NCBI GenBank assembly: GCA_964508365.1
Contig: CAZDTP010000013.1
Span: forward strand, 1,669 to 65,668
Length of the DNA: 64,000 bases
Source of the DNA: an uncultured archaeon
GTDB lineage: Archaea > Asgardarchaeota > Lokiarchaeia > Sigyniarchaeales > SOKP01
Direction: 5' to 3'
Below the pieces are notes generated by a model. That model searched no databases, was not told the origin of the DNA, and saw only the letters and a program-made list of their open reading frames with translations. This document shows, piece after piece, positions 48,288 to 58,232 of this stretch; position 1 is the stretch's first letter; each line of letters starts with the position of its first letter. Made by a program: the position numbers and the translations under genes.

Positions 48288-49988
48288 GTGAATAACTTTA
48301 TGGCAAAAGATAAGAAAAAGAAAAAACAGAAAGGATCAAGTAAAGATGCGTATGGGACTTTCTCTCAAATGATAGGACAAGATTCAGGTAAAAAGCATAA
48401 AACTAAAGCAACAGCAGTTGGTGAACTTCCTTTTGGTGTGAGTCTTGGCAACCCTATAGATAGATCTACTGATAAATTATTTCTTGGGACCGATTATCGA
48501 GAAATTTTAATACCTGAAAGGTCATGGGCAGATATTCTTGCAGATATCGAACATTGGACACCTTTACCCTTCACACATGGAATAGAAATGGAATTAATTA
48601 TCGCTGATGATAATGGGGATTATCCTCCTGGCGACGAAATGGTTTTTCGAATGAAAGAAATCGTGAAAGACGCAATTAGAATTATGGATCAGATTTTATA
48701 TGAAGGTAGAGAGAATTTCTTACCTATTCCAGATTATATAAGGCAAAAGGTAACTGCTAGACCATATGGTCGAGATGATCTTGAAAAGGGATATGCAATG
48801 GATATCAGATATCGTTTACCCAATGGAGGTGAAGTAGACATAGATACATTCGCTCGCGACGGTAATGTAACTGCTGTGACATACATATTAGAACTTGTAA
48901 CTCCTCCCTGCGAATACGCTGAAGAAATGGCATATTGGGCAAGTACCTTGTTTCTGCTCGCAAAAACGACCTTACCTAACGATTTACATATAATTGCGTC
49001 TGCCATAAATCCTGCTGCGAAGGAATATATGCGTGGACTGACTCAAGCGGATCACAGCCATATTGGAGCATTCAAATCAGATTTGGAAAAAGTCCAAGCT
49101 TATTGTATGATAAGAAATTTTCTTCCACATATTATTGCACTTACTTGTAATTCTCCAATACTAAATAATCAACCTACAGATGTAGTTAAGATTGTTAACA
49201 ATAGAATAACAGCTCCAAATTGCGTTCGTTCCTTAAGATTGAAAAATAACACTACAATGCTTAGTAATAACGATCCTAAGCATTTCATTCCTTACTTAAC
49301 TGATCTTAGCGAGAATTCTATTAATTATTTCCTTCAAACCATCCAAAAAGCAAGCTTAGAGGACGGTAGATTTCAAGATGTCTTCCCAGTTACAGATTGG
49401 GGGACGATAGAGATTAGAATTAGCGATGCGCAAATATCAATCTGTCGTAGAATTGGTATAGCTCTTTTATTGGAGGCAATGTGCTATAAGGCTCGAAAGT
49501 TATTAGAGCAAGAAGTATGGGTACCAGATGCGGGAAGTGAGACAATTGCTTATAACAGAAAAACAGCAATTGAACGAGGATTAATTTCTCTATTTCGGCC
49601 CCAGAACCTTACGCGAGAGCATCTCGCACAGTATGATCCTGAATTTGCTGAGCAATATCTGGGCCCTGAAAACCAACCAGTTAGATATATGATGCAAGCT
49701 TGCCAAAGAATGTTCTTCTATCTGAAGGATGTCTTAAAAGAACTTGGATTTCTCTACTCTCCGTTTCTGAAACCTATCCTTCAGTCAGTTTTTGGAAATG
49801 TAAGCTATGCTGAACCTCCAATAACCGAAGCAGAATATCAGTTAAGCCTTTATCAGTATAAGTTAGATAATAACGAAAATCCCAATATTTTATACGATTT
49901 GATTTACTTTACGATTGAATATTGTCAGGATCCCTTAAATAATCCATTAACTGGAGTTTTATCGCTTCCAAGAGAAATGAGAGAATAA
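48288..49988 (+). CDS. Glutamate-cysteine ligase family 2 (GCS2) / carboxylate-amine ligase
   Basis: THGIEMEL, ILELVTPP, DHSHIG, WGTIEIRISDAQ; likely start ATG 48300. Confidence 0.8.
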   Translation: MNNFMAKDKKKKKQKGSSKDAYGTFSQMIGQDSGKKHKTKATAVGELPFGVSLGNPIDRSTDKLFLGTDYREILIPERSWADILADIEHWTPLPFTHGIEMELIIADDNGDYPPGDEMVFRMKEIVKDAIRIMDQILYEGRENFLPIPDYIRQKVTARPYGRDDLEKGYAMDIRYRLPNGGEVDIDTFARDGNVTAVTYILELVTPPCEYAEEMAYWASTLFLLAKTTLPNDLHIIASAINPAAKEYMRGLTQADHSHIGAFKSDLEKVQAYCMIRNFLPHIIALTCNSPILNNQPTDVVKIVNNRITAPNCVRSLRLKNNTTMLSNNDPKHFIPYLTDLSENSINYFLQTIQKASLEDGRFQDVFPVTDWGTIEIRISDAQISICRRIGIALLLEAMCYKARKLLEQEVWVPDAGSETIAYNRKTAIERGLISLFRPQNLTREHLAQYDPEFAEQYLGPENQPVRYMMQACQRMFFYLKDVLKELGFLYSPFLKPILQSVFGNVSYAEPPITEAEYQLSLYQYKLDNNENPNILYDLIYFTIEYCQDPLNNPLTGVLSLPREMRE

Positions 49989-50014
49989 GTATATATCATA
50001 AAAATAAAAAAAAG

Positions 50015-51568
50015 TTGATATGGAAAACTATGCTTACTGCGATTATTGAACAGGAAGGAAAAATTCGAGCGGAAAATATATTTGTAATCGATTCTCATTC
50101 ACATTTAGGAGAAGATGTAGATGGAGCAACCATGATGAATCCCTTAGCACCAGGAACAGGAACATTCGACTTTTGGGGCAATGTCCAAGGTAGAATAAAA
50201 TCCGATTGGGCTATTACAGGAGAACAATCTTTTTCAACAAAAATAGATGGTAAACACGCTAAGATTAGTTGGGAGTTCAATCCATACCCCTTTACAGATA
50301 ACCTTTATATTGCGTTAGAATCGTTGGGGAAAAAGCATTCTGATTTAAAAGCAAAATCGAAATTTTATGCTTTTGTCGACCAAGGTGTGGTTTTCCCGTT
50401 TCAGGATGTGTTTAGGGATAAGCATCCAGAAGCTCGATATCGAGCCAGTAATATCAATGTTTCTCGATTTACTACTCGCTTTCCTTTTTCCATGAAATTA
50501 ATTGGGTATGCGCGTTGCGATCCAATGGAAGGGGAAAAGGCAATAAACGAAGTAGCTTACGCTCGACAGGAATTAGGACTCCGAGGATTAAAACTCCACC
50601 CTCGTTCTGAAAGATGGATTGATGATATTAATTCAGGGAAACCTTTAAGAGTTTTAGTTGAAGCTGCTAGGCATTCTCTACCCGTAATTTTTGATACTCG
50701 AGGAAGAGGTTCGATACTAGATATCGCAGAATTAATTAAGTCAACGCGTTCAGTTATAATTCAACAAAATCCGACTTTATTACCTCACTTTAAAGTAATT
50801 ATTGCTCATTTTGCTCAAGGAAATATAGGTGATTATGAGGTTTATAACGCTTTAGTTCAACCCAATACCTATGGGGACTTATCTATGCTTCATGGTGAGG
50901 GTGCTGGGAACTTTTTTGAGGATTTTCGAAAATGGTTCAAGTCACACGATAAGAAAAGAGTGGATAATCGAGATTGGTCAGAATACCTCCTTTATGCTTC
51001 TGACTATCCTTATTTTGGAGATATACACGCTCAAAAGCTTATAAAATACATTATAAATAAACGATTTTTCGATACTGGAGGAACTGTTAAAGATATCAGA
51101 AATATCATGGGCTTAAATCAGCTCAAACTTTTACCTGAATATTCCCTACCACAAAAAAAAGATTCTGATTCTCCTTTACCAAGTGTACTTCTATCTAACG
51201 CTTCAAATCAAGAAATAAATCCTTATGAGGTAGCGATTAAAGTAATAGCTGAATTACTTACTAATAATAAGATTGATATTAGGCGTTTCTGCTTACAGTT
51301 CAAAGATTCTTGGAATGAAATTAGTGAAGATGTATTATTAAACATCTTAAAACGCACGAGTAACGAAGAAATCCCAACCCTTTTGACGACAATTTTGAAA
51401 AACCATTTGGGATTAATCGCACCATTAAATAAAGAAGTAACTTGGAATATGTTTGGTTATCGGTATTTTAACCCTAAGGATCGTAAATTTTTTACCTCTT
51501 TGTTGAAACATAACTACTTAGCTTTAGATGAAAAGCAAGCTATCAGCTGCTTAAATCAAATATTCTAA
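50015..51568 (+). CDS. Amidohydrolase family 2 metallohydrolase with C-terminal extension
   Basis: VIDSHSHLG, GLRGLKLHP, IIAHF, YASDYPY; likely start ATG 50030. Confidence 0.82.
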   Translation: MIWKTMLTAIIEQEGKIRAENIFVIDSHSHLGEDVDGATMMNPLAPGTGTFDFWGNVQGRIKSDWAITGEQSFSTKIDGKHAKISWEFNPYPFTDNLYIALESLGKKHSDLKAKSKFYAFVDQGVVFPFQDVFRDKHPEARYRASNINVSRFTTRFPFSMKLIGYARCDPMEGEKAINEVAYARQELGLRGLKLHPRSERWIDDINSGKPLRVLVEAARHSLPVIFDTRGRGSILDIAELIKSTRSVIIQQNPTLLPHFKVIIAHFAQGNIGDYEVYNALVQPNTYGDLSMLHGEGAGNFFEDFRKWFKSHDKKRVDNRDWSEYLLYASDYPYFGDIHAQKLIKYIINKRFFDTGGTVKDIRNIMGLNQLKLLPEYSLPQKKDSDSPLPSVLLSNASNQEINPYEVAIKVIAELLTNNKIDIRRFCLQFKDSWNEISEDVLLNILKRTSNEEIPTLLTTILKNHLGLIAPLNKEVTWNMFGYRYFNPKDRKFFTSLLKHNYLALDEKQAISCLNQIF

Positions 51569-51581
51569 AAAGGTGAATAAA

Positions 51582-52109
51582 TTAACTTACAAACAATGTT
51601 TTTGTAAGAAGATTATTAATAAGCAAATTGAAGACATCTTCTATGTTCTTTCCTGTTTTAGAGGAAGTTTTAATACTAGCAATTAAATCAAACTTTGTTA
51701 ATGCTAGTTTTGATACATTATCATCATTATTATTTTCTGGATCAACAAGATCGTATTTAGTTCCAACAAGTATTATTGGTAAGCTAGAATTATGCATTCG
51801 TACCAACTCTACCCATCTATTAACATTATCCATTGTTGCTAGATTTGTTAAATCATAGAGCAATAGGGCTCCCGCCGCACCTTTTACATATTTCTTTAGT
51901 AGGAATCGAAATCGTGTTTGACCTCCGAAGTCCCATAATTGCAGTGCTATATCGTATTCTTTTATTTGAATGCGTTTGAGATAAAAATTTACCCCAATTG
52001 TCATTTTTTGGTCTTCTGTAAACAATCCCTCAACATATCTCTGCAGAAGTGTTGTTTTACCTACATTTCCATCCCCAACTGTAAGTATTTTAAATAGAAT
52101 TTGCTTCAC
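51582..52109 (-). CDS. Rab-like small GTPase
   Basis: GDGNVGKT, MTIG, WDFGGQ, TKYD, SSK; no C-terminal cysteine prenylation motif. Confidence 0.9.
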   Translation of the reverse strand: MKQILFKILTVGDGNVGKTTLLQRYVEGLFTEDQKMTIGVNFYLKRIQIKEYDIALQLWDFGGQTRFRFLLKKYVKGAAGALLLYDLTNLATMDNVNRWVELVRMHNSSLPIILVGTKYDLVDPENNNDDNVSKLALTKFDLIASIKTSSKTGKNIEDVFNLLINNLLTKTLFVS

Positions 52110-52135
52110 TATAATAAATTACCCAATTATTTGTT

Positions 52136-52525
52136 TCATTGTTGAACTAAAATATACTTAAGTTTTTCACACTTATCGTAAAATTCTTTGCTAAGTGAAT
52201 TATATATGGTGTGAATTTCATCAATAATTTCTTGAGACTTTGAGGTCCATGTAGGATAATCCAATAGATAAATAACTATATTTGCATTTTCAAATGCTAT
52301 CAACTGTTCCTGCTCATCCTCTAATAAATAAGGTAATTCTTGGCCAGAAGTATCGAATGCACCTAGTTCTAAGTCCATCCAGTAATATCCTTTAAGGTTG
52401 ATGCCTCGAGTAGGTTCAAGTGGCTTAATCATTAAATCTTTAGGATCGTATCCCTCAAAGATTAATTTGATTATGCTTGTTTTACCAACTCCAGCTCTAC
52501 CTATTACTGAAATCTTATTTGGCAT
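52136..52525 (-). pseudogene. C-terminally truncated Rag-like GTPase
   Basis: G1-G3 present (GRAGVGKT, PTRG, DTSGQE) and clearly paralogous to 24115-25029, but stops after 129 aa, before HKxD and G5. Confidence 0.65.
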
Positions 52526-52909
52526 GATTATTTATTGATCACCCTGAATTCCTCCCATTTTAATATGCGAATAACATTTTCAATTAAAATTGCTAATTTA
52601 ACTATCTTGATATAAAACCTAATATAAAAGCATATAATTTTTGTGTCAAATGTTAATTTGTACATTAGAAATAGTGTATATGAATATAAACTTAAGTAAA
52701 AAGTCCTTAATCTTTATTGAGCATAATAAAACTACAATTTTAATTGTTTTTGATTTCAAGCTGAAACAACTCTTATCATTTTAAGTATTTTTCCTATCTA
52801 AAATATTTTCTACCAAAATATTTAAATATTAGGATTTCTGTACTAATTATACTTAAATTAGTGTAGAAATATTTTTTTTTGTATTAAAATCTTAATGATA
52901 GGCTAATAA

Positions 52910-53326
52910 ATGTTTATTCAAACAGAGTCATGTAGCGAACCAGAAATCCCAATATGCAGCACGGAAATGCTAGGATTAGAAGCTATTCAGGTTGCTAAGT
53001 CTGGTAAAAGGTTAGATATTATTTTTCATAGAGGAATAGCACTTTCTCTTACTCAAAAAATAATGAAACTATATCTAGAAAAAATTATTAAAGCAAAACA
53101 GGGCAATCTAATTGCTTCAGTTGATGATTTTGGCGTATATATTCATTTTTTCAGTTTACATTTAGACAAAATTCTGGTTATCATTTATGTTGATAAGAAA
53201 AACAGTGTTGTTGACAAATGCACGAAAATGTACATACTCTATAAGAAAATTTATGACTACATTCAAAAAAGAAGCCCTATTACGGAAATTTTAGATATGT
53301 GCAAGATGACAATCAAAATCAAGTAA
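52910..53326 (+). CDS. Hypothetical protein homologous to the N-terminal half of 53453-54262
   Basis: IIKAKQG...DDFGVYIHFF...ILVIIYVDKK aligns with ILKKKQG...SDYTIYMHYF...IIVIIYLDTK. Confidence 0.6.
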   Translation: MFIQTESCSEPEIPICSTEMLGLEAIQVAKSGKRLDIIFHRGIALSLTQKIMKLYLEKIIKAKQGNLIASVDDFGVYIHFFSLHLDKILVIIYVDKKNSVVDKCTKMYILYKKIYDYIQKRSPITEILDMCKMTIKIK

Positions 53327-53452
53327 TACGGAGCAAGAAACGGTCTAATTTCCCCAGGTTAAGAAAAAATGAGATATTTCTGGTTGAAGTCCTATCAATT
53401 TCTATATAAGCAAGAAAGCGTTTTAAACATAGACCAACTTATTTTATGGGCA

Positions 53453-54262
53453 TTATATAACAAAGTAATTATCTAAAATGTTTCCAAATCTTTGAAATTG
53501 TGATATATTCCCAGTAAAGGCTTTTGGGCTTATATCGTCTTTATACATGTCCAAAAACTCATCAGATACTATTTGCATATATTTTTGATCAAGTTTTGAG
53601 ATTCTCTCCTCTCCTACTAAATAGGCAAAAATCACATTATTTTTTACAGTCAAATAAATTTGCTGATTTCCAAAGTTTATATGGTTCAGTTCTACGCCAG
53701 GTCCTTGCCCAATCATTTCTTTAGTAAAGATTAATAAGGCGGAAATAAAACCACTAATTTGAATTTCAAAATCCCTCAATCTACTTTTTTTCTTGTTCAT
53801 TTTAGAATAGAACAAGTGACCTGAGGTACTTATTATAAAAAATGCTAATATAGAATCGGACTTTGGAATGATAAAATCGTAATCGCAAATTTCTTGTATA
53901 TCACTGAATTCTTCACAAGAATAGATAGCTTCATTTAATTTTTTAGAAATTTCATAATAACTCGAAAATTTCATTATTGACTCTTTAGTATCCAAATAAA
54001 TAATGACAATAATTTCACTAGGATTAGTATTGAAATAATGCATATAGATCGTATAATCGCTAATCAGTTCAATTGCAATACCTTGTTTTTTTTTCAAAAT
54101 TTTATTCTTATTTAGTTTCAGTATTGTGTGAATTAGTTGGATGCCTATTCCTTTTTGGAATAAAACTTGCATGGTACCTCCAGCATTTAAGTCTGATATT
54201 TTTATCAACCCTACACCAAGAAGATGCATTGGTGGAGTGCTATCATTATCTAGAACTATCAT
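53453..54262 (-). CDS. Protein with C-terminal longin-like domain
   Basis: AFFIISTSGHLFYSK...ISGFISALLIFTKEM...INFGNQQIYLTVKNNVIFAYLV...VSDEFLDMY. Confidence 0.7.
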   Translation of the reverse strand: MIVLDNDSTPPMHLLGVGLIKISDLNAGGTMQVLFQKGIGIQLIHTILKLNKNKILKKKQGIAIELISDYTIYMHYFNTNPSEIIVIIYLDTKESIMKFSSYYEISKKLNEAIYSCEEFSDIQEICDYDFIIPKSDSILAFFIISTSGHLFYSKMNKKKSRLRDFEIQISGFISALLIFTKEMIGQGPGVELNHINFGNQQIYLTVKNNVIFAYLVGEERISKLDQKYMQIVSDEFLDMYKDDISPKAFTGNISQFQRFGNILDNYFVI

Positions 54263-54637
54263 AATCTATTTTTGCTAATAAACCTAAAATTATTATACTT
54301 TTTGTTCAAATTAAAAAAAAAATAGTAATTTAAGATTTATATTCTACAAATTGATAATAATCGTGGTCATATTTAAGCTTTTTTATAACAAATTTAAATT
54401 CATGGGTTTTTAAAAAAAAAATAGTGTATAATATGCAACCTTTATTAATTTTCCACTATTTGTGAATTGTTTAGTTAACATTTTAATATTACTTCTTTTA
54501 TATAATTGTTAAATTCTAATAACTTGATAGTTCCAAAACTCTCAAAATTTAAAAAAAATAAGATTCGATGAAATAACCGCAAAAAAGTAAAGAAATATCT
54601 TTTTCATTGTTAGTAATTAATAGATGGTATCATAAAA

Positions 54638-55777
54638 ATGTCGAATGGAACAATATCCGTCCTTATAATTGAAGACAATCCTGGAGATGCCAGACTCATT
54701 GAAGAAATGTTAAAAGAAGCGAAAAGAGCGAATTTTTTATTTATTAATCAAACAACTCTTAGTGGTGGATTAGAAGAGCTTCTAAGTAATAAGATTGACA
54801 TTATACTATTAGATCTCAATCTTCCTGATTGCACTGGGCTCGATACCATATCAATTATACATGAAAAGGTTAAGGCAATGCCAATTATAATCCTAACTGG
54901 AAGAGTGGATGAAGAGTTAGCAATTGAATCTCTTAAACGTGGAATGCAAGACTATCTGGTTAAGGGAAAAATAGATTCAGGACTTTTGGAACGCTCAATT
55001 CTGTATGCCATTGGGAGGCAACAAGTAATGCAGGAACTTGATGACTCTAAGAAAGAAATTCAGGATGCTTTTCACCGAGCTAATTTTTATAAAGATATTT
55101 TTGCTCATGATATGAGCAATATCTTACAAGGGATATTATCAGTAGCACAAATTACTAAGTTTCAATTAGGCAAAACTAATGATCCGAATGAAATTTTGAA
55201 TATTATAGGTATAATTGAAAACCAAATCATTAGAGGATCAAAATTGATATCAAACGTTCGCAAACTTTCTGAAGTTGAAGAATTGGAAGAACCTTTGAAT
55301 TTGATTGATGTTTGTAGTCTTCTGAAAAAAGCTATAGGGAACTTAAAAAATGCTTATCAATCACATTCTATAAAGATCACGGTTGATTCTCATAATAATA
55401 GCATCGTTATCAAAGCAAATGACTTATTGTTAGAAGTGTTTGAAAATTTATTAATGAACGCTGTGAATCATAACGAAAATTCAATAATAGAGATATTAAT
55501 ACGAATTTCTGAGGAATATCGAGAAGGATTGAACTACATTAAAGTAGAATTTATTGATAATGGAATTGGTATTGAAGACTCTAGGAAAGTAAATATATTT
55601 ACAAGAGGCTCAAAGGAGAATAATTATGTTGGAGGAATGGGAATTGGGCTATCACTTGTAAATCTAATTGTGGAAAGATTTGAAGGCAAGATATGGGTAG
55701 AGGACAGGTTTAAGGGAGATTCGACAAAAGGTAGCAATTTTATTGTCATACTTCCCGCAATTGAGCTCAGAAAATAG
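54638..55777 (+). CDS. Hybrid receiver-histidine kinase (REC-HK)
   Basis: IIEDNPGD, LLDLNLPD, LTG, YLVKG; H-box FAHDMSN, NAVNH, DNGIG, GMGIGL. Confidence 0.9.
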   Translation: MSNGTISVLIIEDNPGDARLIEEMLKEAKRANFLFINQTTLSGGLEELLSNKIDIILLDLNLPDCTGLDTISIIHEKVKAMPIIILTGRVDEELAIESLKRGMQDYLVKGKIDSGLLERSILYAIGRQQVMQELDDSKKEIQDAFHRANFYKDIFAHDMSNILQGILSVAQITKFQLGKTNDPNEILNIIGIIENQIIRGSKLISNVRKLSEVEELEEPLNLIDVCSLLKKAIGNLKNAYQSHSIKITVDSHNNSIVIKANDLLLEVFENLLMNAVNHNENSIIEILIRISEEYREGLNYIKVEFIDNGIGIEDSRKVNIFTRGSKENNYVGGMGIGLSLVNLIVERFEGKIWVEDRFKGDSTKGSNFIVILPAIELRK

Positions 55778-55783
55778 TCTTAG

Positions 55784-58039
55784 TTATACATTATTTTTAG
55801 TATCAACATTATATTCTTTAGGAATTGAAAAAAAGAAGGTTGTACCTTTTCCTACTTCGCTTTCAAACCATATTTCTCCACCATGCAGTTCGATTAATCT
55901 TTTAGTTAATGCCAAACCGATTCCTGAACCAGGTACTGGTTTACTCTTATCGTTTTCTATTCTACCAAATTCTTTAAACACAATGTCGTAATCATTCTCA
56001 GCAATGCCAATTCCAGTATCTTGAATTTGGAACTCCCATAACCTATCTTTAACTCCACACTTTAAACTGATTTGTCCTTGTTCTGTAAATTTTATCGCGT
56101 TGTCAATTAAATTATATAAAATTTGCTTAAATCGTAAAGGATCTGCTTTAATACGAGTATTTTCTTCTATATTAATTAAATTCAGTTTAATACCTTTCTT
56201 TATAAAAAGATGGTTTACAATTGAACCGATTTCTTCAAGTATTGGTAATAGTTTAAAAGTTTCAATATTCAATTTAAATTTTCCCATATCTATAAAAGAC
56301 AAATCAAGTATTGTATCGATTAATGACTTCAAGTGGTTTGCTTCAGATGAAACATCCGTGAGAAAATCAATCTGGTCGTTATTTAGAGGGCCATAACTCT
56401 TATCTAATATAAGAGATGTGAAGCCTATGATCGCATTCAGAGGAGTTCTCAACTCATGAGACATCATCGCTAGGAATTTGGATTTAAATTCCAAGGATGA
56501 GATTAATTGATCTAATAATTTTTGTCGTTCTCTTTCCGAGTTCTTACGCTCAGTTATATCTGAGAAAAAAGATTGGATTATAAGATTATCTGCGATGGCA
56601 ATGATAGTTGATGTAATTTCGAGATCAATTTTTCTTCCATCCTTTCTCTTATTCGTAATTTCTACTTTAACTGGATCAGATGAATTATAAATATCTTCAG
56701 TATAATGCTTTGTTATTACATCTGAAAAATCTGAGGTAATTAGATCAAAAATCATTAGATTTAATATTTCACCCAATTGATATTGAAAGAGCTTTAAAGC
56801 TTTTTGATTTGCTCTTATAATTTTTCCAGTTTCATGGATTAAAAATATCGCTACAGGAGCATCTTCAATCAACACATTCATATCATGTAATGTTTGTTCT
56901 AGTCTTCTTAACTCCTGTTCTGATTGCTTAATTGCTGTGATATCTTCAATTAACACATAAATCAAGTCTTGGTTGCCAATATTGATTGAGGAAAAGTTTA
57001 ACCTTACCCAAAGTAAAAATCGATTCTCTTTTAAATATCTAAGTTCCACGGGATTTGGAAAGTTTCCTTCAAGAATTTCACTGTGAAGTTTGTTAAACAA
57101 GTCTAAATTTTCTGGATTTACCAAAGGTGTATCTCTATAGCCTTTATTTACAATCTCATCTTTGCTAAAACTAAATAGTTGCTCTAAGCTAGAATTACAA
57201 TCAACAACCACACCTTGTTTACTTAAAATCAAAAATGGATATGGTGAATTTTCGAAAAGATCACGATATCTTTTCTCAGATTCTTGTAATTTCAATTCAT
57301 ACATCCTGTGTTCAGAGACATCTCTAATTGTTAATAAATCAACTCTTTCTCCTTCCCATTCTATTTCTACTGAATTTACTTCAGCAATTGCGATTTTACT
57401 AGGTTTGTGAATTACAGTTATTTCTTTTGTGTCTGGACCAGTAGGATATCCAAACTGTTTACCAACAAAATCCTCCTTATTCCGATTAAAAAATTGCTCA
57501 GCAATAGGGTTTACAAATCTTACGATGTTCCTTTTATCAACAATAATAATACTATCTGCATTTTTTTCAATAATTTTTTTTAACTGCGATTCATTTTTTT
57601 GCAGTGTTAGCATCAGCGCATCAATCGTCCGATTCATTTTATTTCTTTCAATAGCATAAAAAATTGAGCGCACTAAAGAATTACTTTCGATTTGGTCTTT
57701 GATAAGATAATCTTGAGCTCCTGCTTGAACAGCTTTTCGAGCAAAATTTTCATCTGAAAAACCGGTAAGGACAATTATTGGAATATTATTTGTTTTTTCC
57801 CTTGTTCTCAGAATTGTTTCGAATCCAGAACTATCGGGAAGAGTAAGGTCTAATAGTATTATATCTAAATCATTTTCCTCAATATTTTTTAATCCATTTA
57901 CAAGATTTTTAGAGAATGTTATGTTGAAATTGAAATCCTCTGCGCTTTTCAATAATTCCTGTATTAAACGAGAATCTCCTGGATTATCCTCTATAAGTAG
58001 GATTGAAATAGTATTCTTTTCTGTCTCTTCAATTGACAT
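55784..58039 (-). CDS. Hybrid REC-PAS-PAS-PAS-histidine kinase
   Basis: REC LLDLTLPD; three PAS-like segments; SHELRTPLNAI, NAIKF, DTGIGI, GSGIGL. Confidence 0.92.
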   Translation of the reverse strand: MSIEETEKNTISILLIEDNPGDSRLIQELLKSAEDFNFNITFSKNLVNGLKNIEENDLDIILLDLTLPDSSGFETILRTREKTNNIPIIVLTGFSDENFARKAVQAGAQDYLIKDQIESNSLVRSIFYAIERNKMNRTIDALMLTLQKNESQLKKIIEKNADSIIIVDKRNIVRFVNPIAEQFFNRNKEDFVGKQFGYPTGPDTKEITVIHKPSKIAIAEVNSVEIEWEGERVDLLTIRDVSEHRMYELKLQESEKRYRDLFENSPYPFLILSKQGVVVDCNSSLEQLFSFSKDEIVNKGYRDTPLVNPENLDLFNKLHSEILEGNFPNPVELRYLKENRFLLWVRLNFSSINIGNQDLIYVLIEDITAIKQSEQELRRLEQTLHDMNVLIEDAPVAIFLIHETGKIIRANQKALKLFQYQLGEILNLMIFDLITSDFSDVITKHYTEDIYNSSDPVKVEITNKRKDGRKIDLEITSTIIAIADNLIIQSFFSDITERKNSERERQKLLDQLISSLEFKSKFLAMMSHELRTPLNAIIGFTSLILDKSYGPLNNDQIDFLTDVSSEANHLKSLIDTILDLSFIDMGKFKLNIETFKLLPILEEIGSIVNHLFIKKGIKLNLINIEENTRIKADPLRFKQILYNLIDNAIKFTEQGQISLKCGVKDRLWEFQIQDTGIGIAENDYDIVFKEFGRIENDKSKPVPGSGIGLALTKRLIELHGGEIWFESEVGKGTTFFFSIPKEYNVDTKNNV

Positions 58040-58232
58040 GTTAAAGCATGTAACTTCTTTGTATTATTTAGAAAATGCTATTATTATCTCACTATCAAGT
58101 AGGATTTCAACAGCTTTAAATTTATTTCCAATATTCATGTTTTATTACTTCTCTTTTTTTTTATATTAATTTTAATGATTACCATTTAATTAAACTTAAA
58201 TAATTGATAGTTAAGATGTAATTGATGGTATT

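Noticed and set aside
806-57659. Many short ORF-track entries overlapping longer genes (e.g. 806, 1862, 3117, 3522, 4115, 4212, 6454, 8204, 8864, 13430, 17674, 20908, 22640, 37117, 38721, 39078, 42741, 45091, 48734, 56100, 57162, 57429)
   Set aside because: Antisense or alternate-frame shadows of well-supported genes, with no motifs of their own
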